Shown here: positions 17,261 to 27,687 of the stretch, piece after piece | Numbering within the stretch: the stretch's first letter is position 1 | Layout: the number at the start of each line of letters is the position of its first letter | NCBI GenBank assembly: GCA_043817235.1 | Contig: JBDRHA010000008.1 | Coordinates: forward strand, 112 to 64,111 | DNA length: 64,000 nt | Origin: Candidatus Shapirobacteria bacterium | Lineage (GTDB): Bacteria; Patescibacteriota; Microgenomatia; UBA12405; BS750m-G30 | Direction of reading: 5' to 3' | Position numbers and translations under genes: made by a program | Notes under the pieces: model-generated | Databases searched by the model: none | Seen by the model: the letters and a program-made list of their open reading frames with translations, nothing else | What the model was told of the DNA's origin: nothing

Positions 17261-20200
17261 TCAATTTTCAATATGCGCTTCCGAACGAAGTATATTATTA
17301 ATCGTAGCCAACAGCTCCTTTGTCTTGTTTATCCCGCCATTCGCTTTTATTTTTTTTCCGTTTGGAAAAGCCAACCAACATTCAAAACTTCCCGGATTAT
17401 TTTTAAGAAGAGTGTTCAGGCGAACTAGTCCTTTGCTGCTAAGACCGGTTGGAATTTCGATAACCAGCTGGGTTTCGTTTGCACTAAAATCAGCCGGATC
17501 ACTTACTGATTCGGCGACTAAAGACAATCTGTCTTCGTTGTTTAATCCTCTTCTTCTTTCCAGTCTTCCCTCAATCAAAACTACTCCATTTTGGAGCAAA
17601 ACTGCTCCGCTCTCTTGATAAATGCCAGGAAAAATCACTGCTTCCAATTGACCCAAGTCATCATTAATGGTAATAAAAGCCATTTCCTGTTGATTTTTCT
17701 TGGTTAAAATAGTTCGAATACTAATAATTGTTCCTATTACTCTAATCCTATTTCCAATCTGCTCCTCTAAATCATTAAGTCTGTGGCTCGCTAAATTCTT
17801 AAATTTTGCCATTTCTTTAGCGCTTGGGTCTTGAGAAAGAAAAAAACCAAAAAGCTGTTTTTCAAATTCCAAAACCTCCTGAATCGAGAACTCCTCTATC
17901 TTAGGCAATTCAACTTTTAAACTGCTATTTTTATTATCAGAGGCAAATAAGCTTGTCTGTCCATCCGCTTTTCTTTTTTCTTCGTCTTCAGCCGCTTGGC
18001 GAATTTTATCTAATGAAAAAAGAATAGCCGCTTTTTTTCCAAACTGATCTACTGCTCCCGCTTTTATCAAGCTTTCTAAAACCTTTTTGTTTATTTTTTG
18101 GGTACTTGTCCTTTGGCAAAAATCAGCTAAGCTAGAAAACTCTCCCCCTTCTTGACGAACCCTTAAAATCTCTTCAATTGCCGCTGCCCCCACATTTTTA
18201 ATTGCTGAAAAGCCAAAACGAATCGCAAGATTATCTAAAGAGTCGGAATCTTTTTCTAAAGTAAATCCAGTTTGAGAAAGATTGATATCCGGCGGAAGTA
18301 CTTTTATTTTCATTCTCCAGCATTCCTTGATCGCCATCGGAATTTTAACTTCTTTTGACTGCTGACCTCCAGAAGCCGCTTCCGCTGTAAGCAAGGCGGC
18401 CATAAATTGGACCGGGTATTTAACCTTCACCCAAGCTGTTTGATATGCGATCATGGCATAAGAAACCGAATGAGCCTTATTAAAGCCATAGCCAGCAAAC
18501 CTTTCAATCAAAGACCAAACATTATCAATTATTTTCACCGAATAACCTCTTTTTTTGGCTCTTTGAGAAAATCTCTCTTTTTCCTTTTTCATGAGGTCAA
18601 TCTTTTTTTTACCTATTGCTCTTCTTAAAACATCTCCTTCGCCCAAAGTATAACCGGCCATAATTTGAGGAATTTCCATCACTTGCTCTTGATAAACAGC
18701 AATCCCATAGGTTTCAGCTAAAATCGGTTCTAGATCCGGATGAGGATAATTAATCGCTCGGGGATTATTTTTACCATTGATAAATTCATCAATAAATTGC
18801 ATTGGACCAGGGCGATAAAGGGCAACCATAGCGGAAATATCTCCAAAGCGCTCCGGCTTAAGCTTTTTGGCCACTCTTCTCATTCCCTCGCTCTCGAGCT
18901 GAAAAACACCGGTAGTTTCGCCAGCAGAAAGCATTTGGTAAACTTGTTGATCATCAAGCGGTATTTCGGATATATCCACCTTTAGGCCCAAGGTTGCTTT
19001 GATAAAGTTTCGAGCCTTTTCCAGAATCGTTAAATTTCTTAATCCTAGAAAATCCATCTTTAAAAGACCGATAGCTTTGTCGGAAACATTAAGGTCAAGG
19101 GCATACATATCGTATTGGGTAGCCACACCTTCTCCTTTTTTCGTTTCTCTTTGCAAAGGCGTATAGTGAACCATCGGCTCATCAGAAATTACCACTCCCG
19201 CCGCATGAGTAGAGGCATGCCGAGCTACACCCACTAGCCTGGAAGCTAAATCCAAAACTCGCTTAACATCGGGCTCGCCCTCATATGCTTCTTTTAAGCT
19301 TGGGTTCTCCTCAATCGCTTTAGAAATAGAAATTTTCTTTCCCGGCCGCACCAAAATCATTTTCGCTACCCGATCACCGACCGAATAAGAAAAGCCTAGG
19401 GCTCGGGTCACATCCCGAATAGCCATTTTTGCTTCCATCGTGCCAAAAGTAACAATTTGAGCTACCCTGCTTTCACCATATTTTTGCCGCACATAGTCAA
19501 TAACTTCATCTCTGCGATCGTCAGGAAAATCTAAGTCAATGTCCGGCGTAGATTGTCTTTCTGGGTTTAAAAATCGCTCAAAAGGAAGTTTGTGAAAAAT
19601 AGAATCAACTGATGTAATCCGTAAAATATAGGCAACAACAGACCCTGCAACGCTGCCTCTACCCGGGCCAACTCTAATTCCTTTCTTTTTTGCCCAATTA
19701 ACAAAGTCCTGGACAATTAAAAAATATTCACTATAGCCCATTTTAATAATCAGCTGCAGCTCATATTCAATTCTCTTTTTTACTTCCTTTTCAAGCTTTG
19801 GATAGCGAAAACGGGCATTGTCCCAAACTAGTTTTCTTAAAAAAGATTCAGCTGTCTCTTCCTTAGAAAGAGGGAATCTCGGATAAACTTTTTGACCGAT
19901 AGGGATTTCCAGGTTGCATTTTTCGGCAACTTCTGCTGTATTTTTAATCGCGTCCGGATAAAGAGAAAATAAACTGCTCATCTCCTGCCCGCTTCTTACG
20001 TAAAAGTCCGGTGAATCAAGCATGGATAAGCGTCCTGGGGTATCAATTGTTTTTTGAGTTTGAATAGCCAAAAGGACATCCTGCGCCTGAGCATCATCGG
20101 GCTCAATGTAGTGATTATCGTTAGTGGCAATTATTGGAATTCCCAGTTCACGCGAAAGGGTAATAATGCCCTTGTTGGCAACCTCTTGGTCTTTTATTTG

Positions 20201-20749
20201 AGGGTGAGGCATTACTTCCAAGTAAAAATCAGAGCCAAAAATATCTAAAAATGTTTTTGCTTTTTCTTTTGCCTTGTCATATTTCTTTTGAACTATTAAA
20301 GACGGAATAATTCCCTGCAAGCAAGCACTGCTGGCTACCAAGCCCTTGGAATATTCTTGAAGCAAATCAAAATCAGCCCTAGGCTTATAATAAAAACCCT
20401 CCAGGTGAGATTTAGTAACAATTTCCATTAAATTCCGATAGCCTTCAAAGTCTTTGGCCAGCAAAACCAGGTGGGACTGATCGCTATCCAGACCGACTTG
20501 CTTATCAAAGCGCGACCTTTGGGCCATATAAATTTCGCAGCCGATAATTGGCTTTAATCCGGCTTCTATACATGCATTATAAAATTTAATTGCTCCATAC
20601 ATTACGCCGTGATCAGTTAAGGCAATCGCTTTCATTCCCATATCCTTAGCTTTGCTGACCATGGGAGCAATCTTTGATAAACCGTCTAATAAAGAATATT
20701 CACTATGATTATGAAGATGAACGAATTCAGTTTTCTTTTTTTTAGCCAT
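17261..20749 (-). CDS. dnaE: DNA polymerase III alpha subunit
   Basis: 1162 aa; N-terminal PHP motif FVHLHNHSEYSLLDG; polymerase core and OB-fold regions. Confidence 0.9.
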   Translation of the reverse strand: MAKKKKTEFVHLHNHSEYSLLDGLSKIAPMVSKAKDMGMKAIALTDHGVMYGAIKFYNACIEAGLKPIIGCEIYMAQRSRFDKQVGLDSDQSHLVLLAKDFEGYRNLMEIVTKSHLEGFYYKPRADFDLLQEYSKGLVASSACLQGIIPSLIVQKKYDKAKEKAKTFLDIFGSDFYLEVMPHPQIKDQEVANKGIITLSRELGIPIIATNDNHYIEPDDAQAQDVLLAIQTQKTIDTPGRLSMLDSPDFYVRSGQEMSSLFSLYPDAIKNTAEVAEKCNLEIPIGQKVYPRFPLSKEETAESFLRKLVWDNARFRYPKLEKEVKKRIEYELQLIIKMGYSEYFLIVQDFVNWAKKKGIRVGPGRGSVAGSVVAYILRITSVDSIFHKLPFERFLNPERQSTPDIDLDFPDDRRDEVIDYVRQKYGESRVAQIVTFGTMEAKMAIRDVTRALGFSYSVGDRVAKMILVRPGKKISISKAIEENPSLKEAYEGEPDVKRVLDLASRLVGVARHASTHAAGVVISDEPMVHYTPLQRETKKGEGVATQYDMYALDLNVSDKAIGLLKMDFLGLRNLTILEKARNFIKATLGLKVDISEIPLDDQQVYQMLSAGETTGVFQLESEGMRRVAKKLKPERFGDISAMVALYRPGPMQFIDEFINGKNNPRAINYPHPDLEPILAETYGIAVYQEQVMEIPQIMAGYTLGEGDVLRRAIGKKKIDLMKKEKERFSQRAKKRGYSVKIIDNVWSLIERFAGYGFNKAHSVSYAMIAYQTAWVKVKYPVQFMAALLTAEAASGGQQSKEVKIPMAIKECWRMKIKVLPPDINLSQTGFTLEKDSDSLDNLAIRFGFSAIKNVGAAAIEEILRVRQEGGEFSSLADFCQRTSTQKINKKVLESLIKAGAVDQFGKKAAILFSLDKIRQAAEDEEKRKADGQTSLFASDNKNSSLKVELPKIEEFSIQEVLEFEKQLFGFFLSQDPSAKEMAKFKNLASHRLNDLEEQIGNRIRVIGTIISIRTILTKKNQQEMAFITINDDLGQLEAVIFPGIYQESGAVLLQNGVVLIEGRLERRRGLNNEDRLSLVAESVSDPADFSANETQLVIEIPTGLSSKGLVRLNTLLKNNPGSFECWLAFPNGKKIKANGGINKTKELLATINNILRSEAHIEN

Positions 20750-22062
20750 TACTTTTTAAGTTTTTCTTCAATTGCTTTAGAAATAAGCTTAGGATCTGCT
20801 TTTCCTTTGGCTTTAATTCGCACTTGCCCAATTAAAAACCCAATTACCTGAGCTTTCCCTTTTTGATAATCGCCTACTGCTTTTGGATTTTCTTTTAAAG
20901 TTTGCTTAACCAAATTCTTAATCTCTTTTTTACTAAGAGTAAATTTGCTTTGATCTTCTATTATTTTTTTAATTAAGCTCAAGGCGCTCTCTTTTCGCAA
21001 AGAAGGATTATTAACCAAACACTTAGCAATCACTTGAGCGCTAACTTTATTTTTTTTGCCTAAAATTAACGCGCTCTTGAATAGGTTAATTAGTTTCTTT
21101 TTTTTCGTTAATAAAGCAATAGAATTTGGATCAAGTCCAAGTTTAAACAAATACACCTCCTGATCCCAAGGCAGTCCTGAAATTCCTTTTTTGATTTTAT
21201 CTATTTCTTGATCTTGAAAAGAAAAGGGAGGAATGTCTGGCTCGGGAAAATAGCGATAGTCTTTGGCTACTTCTTTGCTCCTTTGAGAATAAGTTATTCC
21301 TTTTTTCAAATTAAAGCCACGGGTTTCCTGTTTCGGCTTTTTCCCCTTTTCTAAAAGATTAATTTGCCTATTAATCTCATAATTAATTGCTTTCTGAACA
21401 AATTTAAAGGAGTTAAGATTCTTTATTTCAACTTTATAATCAGGAAGCTCTTTTGTCTTGGAAACAGAGATATTCACCTCCAGCCTCATTGAGCCTTTTT
21501 CCATATCGCAGTCTGAAACATCAAGCCAGCGCAAAGTCTGCTGAAGTCTTTGCAAATAAAGCTTTGCCTCTAGTGCGGAAGTTAAAACCGGCTGGCTGAC
21601 AATTTCTACTAAAGGAACACCGCTCCGGTTAAAATCAATTAAGGTTTCTTGATTCTGATGAATTAGTTTTCCGGTATCTTCTTCAAGATGAATATTATCC
21701 AGGGCAATTCTTTTTATCTTTTCTTTAGCCAAAATAGGCACTGCCCCGCCAATTCCGATTGGTTTAAAATGCTGGCTGATTTGATAGCCCTTAGGAAGAT
21801 CTGGATAAAAATAGTTTTTCCGGTCAAACCAAAAGTGATTATTGATCTGAGAGTCAAAAGCCAAGGCAATAAGAAGCGTTTTCTCGATTGCTTTAAGATT
21901 AGGCACCGGAAGAGCCCCGGGCAAGCCTAGGCAAACCGGGCAAGTATGAGTATTCGGCTTTTGGCCAAAGTGTTTAGAGCGACAATGACAAAACATTTTC
22001 GCTTTAGTATTTAATTCAACATGAACTTCAAGACCGATGGTTGGCCGCCAGAATGACTTCAT
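20749..22062 (-). CDS. gatB: Asp/Glu-tRNA amidotransferase subunit B
   Basis: 437 aa; TIGLEVHVELNTKAKMFCHC N-terminal GatB signature; C-terminal YqeY-like tail. Confidence 0.9.
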   Translation of the reverse strand: MKSFWRPTIGLEVHVELNTKAKMFCHCRSKHFGQKPNTHTCPVCLGLPGALPVPNLKAIEKTLLIALAFDSQINNHFWFDRKNYFYPDLPKGYQISQHFKPIGIGGAVPILAKEKIKRIALDNIHLEEDTGKLIHQNQETLIDFNRSGVPLVEIVSQPVLTSALEAKLYLQRLQQTLRWLDVSDCDMEKGSMRLEVNISVSKTKELPDYKVEIKNLNSFKFVQKAINYEINRQINLLEKGKKPKQETRGFNLKKGITYSQRSKEVAKDYRYFPEPDIPPFSFQDQEIDKIKKGISGLPWDQEVYLFKLGLDPNSIALLTKKKKLINLFKSALILGKKNKVSAQVIAKCLVNNPSLRKESALSLIKKIIEDQSKFTLSKKEIKNLVKQTLKENPKAVGDYQKGKAQVIGFLIGQVRIKAKGKADPKLISKAIEEKLKK

Positions 22063-23269
22063 TTCCTCTTTTCAAAACAAAATAACCAATAATAAGCAAA
22101 CTAATTCCAATTACCGTCAAAAAACCCTTTACTGTCAGCAATTCGGAAATCATACCCGCAAAAATACCCGGCGGAATAGTTACTAAAGCGATTAAAAAGC
22201 TTAGGGTGCCAAATACTCTTCCCCGTTTTTCCCCAGGTGACTCTTCCTGAATAAAAGAGCGGATGGGAGCGTAAATAAAAGAAACCGATAAGCCAGCTAA
22301 AAAAGAAAGAGGTAAAGAAACAAGAGGCTGATTAGTTTTTAGCCGAGAAACAATAATAGAAAAGACCAGTATAATCAACCCTAAAGCAAGAAGCCCAAAG
22401 CCAATCCATTCCTTTTTCCGGTATCTATTCTGGCTTCCGGTAAGCAGGTAAGTGCCAAATAAAACTCCGCAAAGAACGGGTAAAACAACAATCCAGCTGG
22501 CGTCGTAAGGACCCAGGTGAAGGACTTGGCTGGAAAAACCGGGCAATATCAGCGCAAAAACAACTACAATTACCTGAAAAAGCAGGAGCAAACCAAAGCT
22601 ATAAATCATTAGCAGGTTATTGGCCAAAAACACATAGCCTTCTTTTATTTTAAGAAGAAAGTCATCAACCGCCTCCCGCCACCTTGGAAAACTGTTAGCG
22701 GGAATATCCGCAGGTAATAATCCGGCAAAAGTTGCCGCTAATAAAGTTAAAATTGCCGTCAAAAAGATTACAGCCAAGGGTGATAAAAAACTGGCCACCA
22801 GTCCGCTTAATATTGAACCGGAAACCAACGCACCCTGGTCGGCAAAAAAGAAAAGATTATTTACCAAAACAAAATCTTTTTTAGCTAAATAAGTAGGAAT
22901 TGACGCTTGCTCAGCCGGATCATTAAACTGATTAATAATTGAATAAACAAAAACAAGGGCATAAATTAAAAAATTTTTAGTGCCCAAAAAAGTTAAGCCA
23001 TAGCCAATAATTACTATTACCTGAAGGAGATTGGCAATGACTAAAATTTTTCTTTTGCTTAAGCTATCTACGGCCGCTCCGGAAAAAGGACCTAGAAACA
23101 GCAAGGGCAGAGCATAAATTGCCCAAAGCACGCCTAAAGCGACAGTCGATCCGGTAACTTCAAAAACACGGCCTAAGAGCACAAACAGGAGCAGATAATT
23201 GGCCAGCTGGGAACAGCTGTGACTTAGAGCTAAATTACGCAATTTTTTATTTTGAAATATTTTTTTCAT
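22028..23269 (-). CDS. MFS transporter
   Basis: 413 aa, ~12 TM helices, MFS-type loop motifs; sits between gatA and gatB, overlapping both. Confidence 0.7.
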   Translation of the reverse strand: MKKIFQNKKLRNLALSHSCSQLANYLLLFVLLGRVFEVTGSTVALGVLWAIYALPLLFLGPFSGAAVDSLSKRKILVIANLLQVIVIIGYGLTFLGTKNFLIYALVFVYSIINQFNDPAEQASIPTYLAKKDFVLVNNLFFFADQGALVSGSILSGLVASFLSPLAVIFLTAILTLLAATFAGLLPADIPANSFPRWREAVDDFLLKIKEGYVFLANNLLMIYSFGLLLLFQVIVVVFALILPGFSSQVLHLGPYDASWIVVLPVLCGVLFGTYLLTGSQNRYRKKEWIGFGLLALGLIILVFSIIVSRLKTNQPLVSLPLSFLAGLSVSFIYAPIRSFIQEESPGEKRGRVFGTLSFLIALVTIPPGIFAGMISELLTVKGFLTVIGISLLIIGYFVLKRGNEVILAANHRS

Positions 23270-24659
23270 AAAGGTACGCGACCTTAAGCATTATATCTTC
23301 TCTGAATTGCGGTGCAATAATTTGCAACCCAACCGGAAGCTTGTTTGCCCACCCAACATTAATACTTATTCCCGGCAACCCGGCCAAGGCGCTTGCCTCA
23401 ACCAGGATATCCTGCATCTCCCCAAAAAGCGGATTTTTAGCCGCCTCCCCAATTTTTAGGGCTGTGCTCGGCGAAGTTGGAGCGATAAGCAAGTCCACCT
23501 TTTTAAAAACCCGTTCAAAGTCTTTTAAAATAAGCTGCCGGGCTTTTTGGGCATAGCGATAATAGCGGTCATAGTAGCCGGCAGAAAGAACATGGCTGCC
23601 CACAAGAATCCTTCTTTTGGCCTCTTGCCCAAAATACTTCCGGCTTTTACCAAACCGAATGCCATCGTAGCGGGCTAAATTTGAAGAAACCTCCGCGCGC
23701 ATGATAATTGTGTAAACAGTCATCGCTAACCGCGGGTCAAGCAAGGAAACTTCTTTGACTTTAAATCCTGCTTTCTTAAAATTATTAATGGCCTCTTTTA
23801 TTACCAGTATTATTTTTTTATCCATTTCTGGTAAAAAATAATTGCGAGGCACTCCCAATACTAGCTCTTTTGGGCTGCCCTTTAAATTTTTCCGAAAATC
23901 AAAATAAGGGAAATCCGCGCTGGTAGCATCTTTTTGGTCCTTACCGGATAAAACATTTAATATTAAAGCCGCATCTTCAGCTGTTTTTGTTAAGGGGCCG
24001 GGAGAATCGGTAGAAGAAGCCATCGCCATTAAGCCCCAGCGGCTAACTCGTCCATAGCTCGGCTTTAAACCAACCACTCCGCACCAGGCCGCCGGCTGGC
24101 GAATAGAGCCAGCCGTTTCCGAACCAATCGCGGCCAAAACTTGATGGCTGGCTACCGCCGCCGCACTTCCACCGGAAGAGCCGCCGGGAGCTCGCTGCAG
24201 GTCATGTGGGTTTCTGGTAGCAAAAAAGTCTGAAGTTTCAGTAGAAGAGCCATGGGCCCAAGCATCCATATTTGTTTTTCCCAAAATAATACCGCCGGCA
24301 TTTTCAATCCTTTCCACTACAGTAGCGCTATAAGGAGGAACGTAATCACTTAAAACATTGGAACTTGCGGTTGTTTTTTTGCCTTTCGTGCAAAAATTAT
24401 CTTTAACGGCCAAGGGTATCCCCAAAAGAGGTTTTCGTATATAAATATTTTTATCTTTTTTTATTAATCTATCCTGTTTATCAGCTAACTCAAGTGATTC
24501 TTTTTCCCAAACTGAGATAAACGACTTAATTTTTTGATCAGTTTTTTTTATCTGAGCTAAGCAAGCCTTAACCAAATCGAAACAGCTAAATAGGCCCTCT
24601 CTTAAACTTTCGGAAGCCTCTTTAACGGTTAACTCATTTAGGCTTTTAGCATTGGTCAC
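23247..24659 (-). CDS. gatA: Glu/Asp-tRNA amidotransferase subunit A
   Basis: 470 aa; amidase signature GGSSGGSAAAVAS. Confidence 0.9.
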   Translation of the reverse strand: MTNAKSLNELTVKEASESLREGLFSCFDLVKACLAQIKKTDQKIKSFISVWEKESLELADKQDRLIKKDKNIYIRKPLLGIPLAVKDNFCTKGKKTTASSNVLSDYVPPYSATVVERIENAGGIILGKTNMDAWAHGSSTETSDFFATRNPHDLQRAPGGSSGGSAAAVASHQVLAAIGSETAGSIRQPAAWCGVVGLKPSYGRVSRWGLMAMASSTDSPGPLTKTAEDAALILNVLSGKDQKDATSADFPYFDFRKNLKGSPKELVLGVPRNYFLPEMDKKIILVIKEAINNFKKAGFKVKEVSLLDPRLAMTVYTIIMRAEVSSNLARYDGIRFGKSRKYFGQEAKRRILVGSHVLSAGYYDRYYRYAQKARQLILKDFERVFKKVDLLIAPTSPSTALKIGEAAKNPLFGEMQDILVEASALAGLPGISINVGWANKLPVGLQIIAPQFREDIMLKVAYLYEKNISK

Positions 24660-24662
24660 TTT

Positions 24663-24953
24663 TTATTCCCATTTTATTCTTGATGTTAAAAAGTATCCGT
24701 TTTTCTTTTTTGGAGCAGAGGCCAATGCTTGCTCTTGCATTAATCCCTCTTTAAGTATGTCTTCGTGATAAATATTTTCTAATCTAGTTACCTGAAAAAG
24801 AGGCCTTGTTTTGTCCACTTTTATTTTTTTAATAGCTTCCACCTGGTCAAGAGAATCAGCAATTTGCTTTTTGAAGATTTTTCTTTCTTCTTTAGATAAA
24901 GGCAAATTCCCCAGCTTTGCCAGGTAATCAATATTTATATCTTTTTTTTTCAT
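24663..24953 (-). CDS. gatC: Asp/Glu-tRNA amidotransferase subunit C
   Basis: 96 aa; position upstream of gatA and GatC-like helical sequence (IDYLAKLGNLPLSKEE). Confidence 0.7.
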   Translation of the reverse strand: MKKKDINIDYLAKLGNLPLSKEERKIFKKQIADSLDQVEAIKKIKVDKTRPLFQVTRLENIYHEDILKEGLMQEQALASAPKKKNGYFLTSRIKWE

Positions 24954-24964
24954 CTTAAAATCAT

Positions 24965-25759
24965 TTAAATTAATTTTTGCTGATGGCTCTTTTTGCTTTC
25001 ATTGCTGACTTCTTCTTTCTTGATATATTCTCGGTAAAGACAGTATTCGCAAGTATTGCCCCGAGAAGGAATACTCTCCCCTTCAAGGCAATCTTTAATT
25101 TTATTAATCGCTCCTTTTACCCAGGTATCATCACCTGCATGGCTGACCAAAGAGAGCTCAAACTCCAGCAAACCATCAAATTTAGACTTATTCCTGCCGG
25201 CATTAGCAAAAACAAAATAAGCCATATTGCTCACCTTAAACCCAAGGCGGCGAAATATCCATTGATAAATCTCCGCTTGTCTTTTGTACCCCTGCTTGTA
25301 TTCATCGTCAAGAGAAATTTCTTTATTAGTACTCGTCGACTTGTAGTCAACTACCAGAAGCTGTCCTTGTTTATTTACCCACAAGTCATCTATAATTCCA
25401 CAAATTTCCAGGTTCGTCCCCTGATCTAAAACCCTTGCCCCGGTAAAAGCAAACATATCGTCTCTCCATACAGGTAAATCCGGATGATTAAAAGGTATTG
25501 CCTGCACACTGTATTTTTTCATAAGCATATGGGCTTCGCCTTTTTTCCTTAATAAATCAAATTCGTTTTTCAGCAAAGAATCTACAGCCGAATTTAGGGT
25601 AAAAGCGGGCATGCTTGGGCGAGAAAGACCAAGTCGCCGATCCAGATAAAAACAGCGCGGACATTCTATAAATAGGTCTATCTTCGAGCGACTGATGCGA
25701 AAAGTATTTTTTGACCCTGGCACATACAAATTACTTTGTCTTTTTTGATATACACGCAT
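24965..25759 (-). CDS. PD-(D/E)XK nuclease family protein with Cys clusters (Cas4/RecB-nuclease-like)
   Basis: 264 aa; N-terminal CPRCFY, catalytic-like IIDDLW...LVVDYKST (D...D/ExK), C-terminal CEYC; no cas genes nearby. Confidence 0.5.
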   Translation of the reverse strand: MRVYQKRQSNLYVPGSKNTFRISRSKIDLFIECPRCFYLDRRLGLSRPSMPAFTLNSAVDSLLKNEFDLLRKKGEAHMLMKKYSVQAIPFNHPDLPVWRDDMFAFTGARVLDQGTNLEICGIIDDLWVNKQGQLLVVDYKSTSTNKEISLDDEYKQGYKRQAEIYQWIFRRLGFKVSNMAYFVFANAGRNKSKFDGLLEFELSLVSHAGDDTWVKGAINKIKDCLEGESIPSRGNTCEYCLYREYIKKEEVSNESKKSHQQKLI

Positions 25760-25763
25760 TAGT

Positions 25764-26177
25764 CTAGTTTATCACATAACAGCTCCTTATTTGATAAAGA
25801 AAATACAACCCAACACCGGTAAATATCAAGCTAAACAAAGACAATGAAAACAGACTAGCGAAAATTCCCACCAATCCAGAATAATAAAGCAGCTGCCAGC
25901 CTTTTCTGGTTTTGCTAAAAAGCCCGGGAAGAGCAATAGCTTCTAAAACTACTTGGCTAGCACCAAGCAGAAAAAACACAATCCCCGCCAAAGAAGAGGG
26001 AATTAATCCTGATATTAGCGAGCTAAAAATTCCGGGAATACTAAGAACAACAAAAAAAAGAATAATCCAGGCCAGATACTTCACGATTCCCTGACGAAAT
26101 TTTATAGATAGCTGAGGCGCTTTTTTTAAAAATAAATCATTGAAAAAGTTATCAAGTTTTTTTAACCAAATTTCCAA
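25764..26177 (-). CDS. Hypothetical membrane protein
   Basis: 137 aa, three to four TM helices, no recognisable motif. Confidence 0.3.
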   Translation of the reverse strand: MEIWLKKLDNFFNDLFLKKAPQLSIKFRQGIVKYLAWIILFFVVLSIPGIFSSLISGLIPSSLAGIVFFLLGASQVVLEAIALPGLFSKTRKGWQLLYYSGLVGIFASLFSLSLFSLIFTGVGLYFLYQIRSCYVIN

Positions 26178-26199
26178 CTTATTCTCACCTCCTTTAAGG

Positions 26200-27102
26200 T
26201 TAAATCATTTTCTTTAACTCGTTAATTCTATCATCCAGGGGCGGATGGGTGGAAAACAAGGTGGCCAATCGAGCCAAGGCGCTTGTTTTTGCACCAAAGG
26301 GGTTGACGATAAACAAATGAGCTGTAGCTGCATGAGCAGTTTTCAAGGATTGGGTTTGAAATTTTAGTTTTTTCAATGCAGAAATAAGTCCCCGGGGCTG
26401 TCGGGTTAATTTTGCCGCCTGGGCATCGGCCAAATACTCGCGCGATCGGGAAAGAGCCAGCTGAATTAGTTTACCGGCTAAAGGGGTTAAAATCAATCCT
26501 AAAAAACCAACTATCATAACTAAAGGGTTGCTTCTCTTGTCTTCTTTTGAAGATAAAGAGCTTGTGCGTAAAATCCAGTCGCTTAGCAAAGTAATAGTTC
26601 CCACCAAAACAGCCACAATAGTCATCAATCGAATATCATAGTCTAGAATATGAGAAAACTCATGAGCAACTACTCCTTCCAGCTCGGTTCTGTCTAAATT
26701 TTTAAGCAAACCGGTTGTGGCGCAAATTATAGCGTGATCTGGATCTCTTCCGGTCGCAAAAGCGTTCATATTGCCACTCTTTATCACATACAGGCTGGGC
26801 ATAGGAATTTGGGAGGCAATGCTTAGATTTTGGGCAACAGTGTAAAAGTCAAAATAATCCTCCTTTTTGGCTTTTTCTGCTCCGGATAGGGCTAAAACAA
26901 TTTTATCTCCCCACCAATAACTGCTAAAAGCCGACAACAAAGATAATGCTACTGCTGCACCAATTAGACTCATTTCTGTTTGTAGAATCTGGCCCAAGCC
27001 TAAGAAAAAAAGACTAAGAAAAGTTACAAATAAAAGCATTACCAGATAAGAGCGCCTTTTATTTCGCTCTACCTGCTCGTAAACATTCAAAATATTTTTC
27101 AT
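26200..27102 (-). CDS. htpX: Zinc metalloprotease HtpX (M48)
   Basis: 300 aa; HEFSH zinc motif, NAFATG, C-terminal THPPLDDRI. Confidence 0.8.
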   Translation of the reverse strand: MKNILNVYEQVERNKRRSYLVMLLFVTFLSLFFLGLGQILQTEMSLIGAAVALSLLSAFSSYWWGDKIVLALSGAEKAKKEDYFDFYTVAQNLSIASQIPMPSLYVIKSGNMNAFATGRDPDHAIICATTGLLKNLDRTELEGVVAHEFSHILDYDIRLMTIVAVLVGTITLLSDWILRTSSLSSKEDKRSNPLVMIVGFLGLILTPLAGKLIQLALSRSREYLADAQAAKLTRQPRGLISALKKLKFQTQSLKTAHAATAHLFIVNPFGAKTSALARLATLFSTHPPLDDRINELKKMI

Positions 27103-27114
27103 CTTTTGAAAGTA

Positions 27115-27687
27115 TTATATTTTAGGCGTTTTTAAATCTTCGGAGCTTACACTAATATGCGAACCGTCAAGAGGCGTAGAAAGTCCTTTCTCTTGTTTAA
27201 ATCCAAATATTTTAGCTATAAAATTACTAGGGACAGTAAGCACTTGTCGATTATAATCAGCTGATAAGTCAATTAAGGTTCGGCGAGCGTACATGATCTT
27301 ATCCGAAGTATCAGTTAGATTATCCATAAGCTTAACTATTGTGCCGGCGGCTTTTAGCTCGGGGTTGCTTTCAACCACTACCCTGACAGATCCTAAGGCT
27401 TTTTGCAAGGTTTCCTGAGCTTTAAAAATCTTTTTTGCTTCTCCGGATTCAGCCGCTTGATTTATTAAAGTTCGGGCATTGGCAATTGTTTTTAAAATTT
27501 CTTTTTCATGCTGAAGATATTTATCCGCCGCTTTGGCTAAATTAGGAATTAGCTCCGCCTGCCTTTTTAGCTGGTTGCCAATTTCTTGGATAGACGCCTT
27601 AATCCTGGTTTTAAGGGTAATAAAACGGTTATAGGTGCCAAAAACGTAGAAAATAACTACTGCTAAAATTATTAGTCCTATTATCAT
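27115..27687 (-). CDS. lemA: LemA family protein
   Basis: 190 aa; N-terminal TM then LemA-like helical domain; immediately upstream of htpX as is common. Confidence 0.75.
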   Translation of the reverse strand: MIIGLIILAVVIFYVFGTYNRFITLKTRIKASIQEIGNQLKRQAELIPNLAKAADKYLQHEKEILKTIANARTLINQAAESGEAKKIFKAQETLQKALGSVRVVVESNPELKAAGTIVKLMDNLTDTSDKIMYARRTLIDLSADYNRQVLTVPSNFIAKIFGFKQEKGLSTPLDGSHISVSSEDLKTPKI

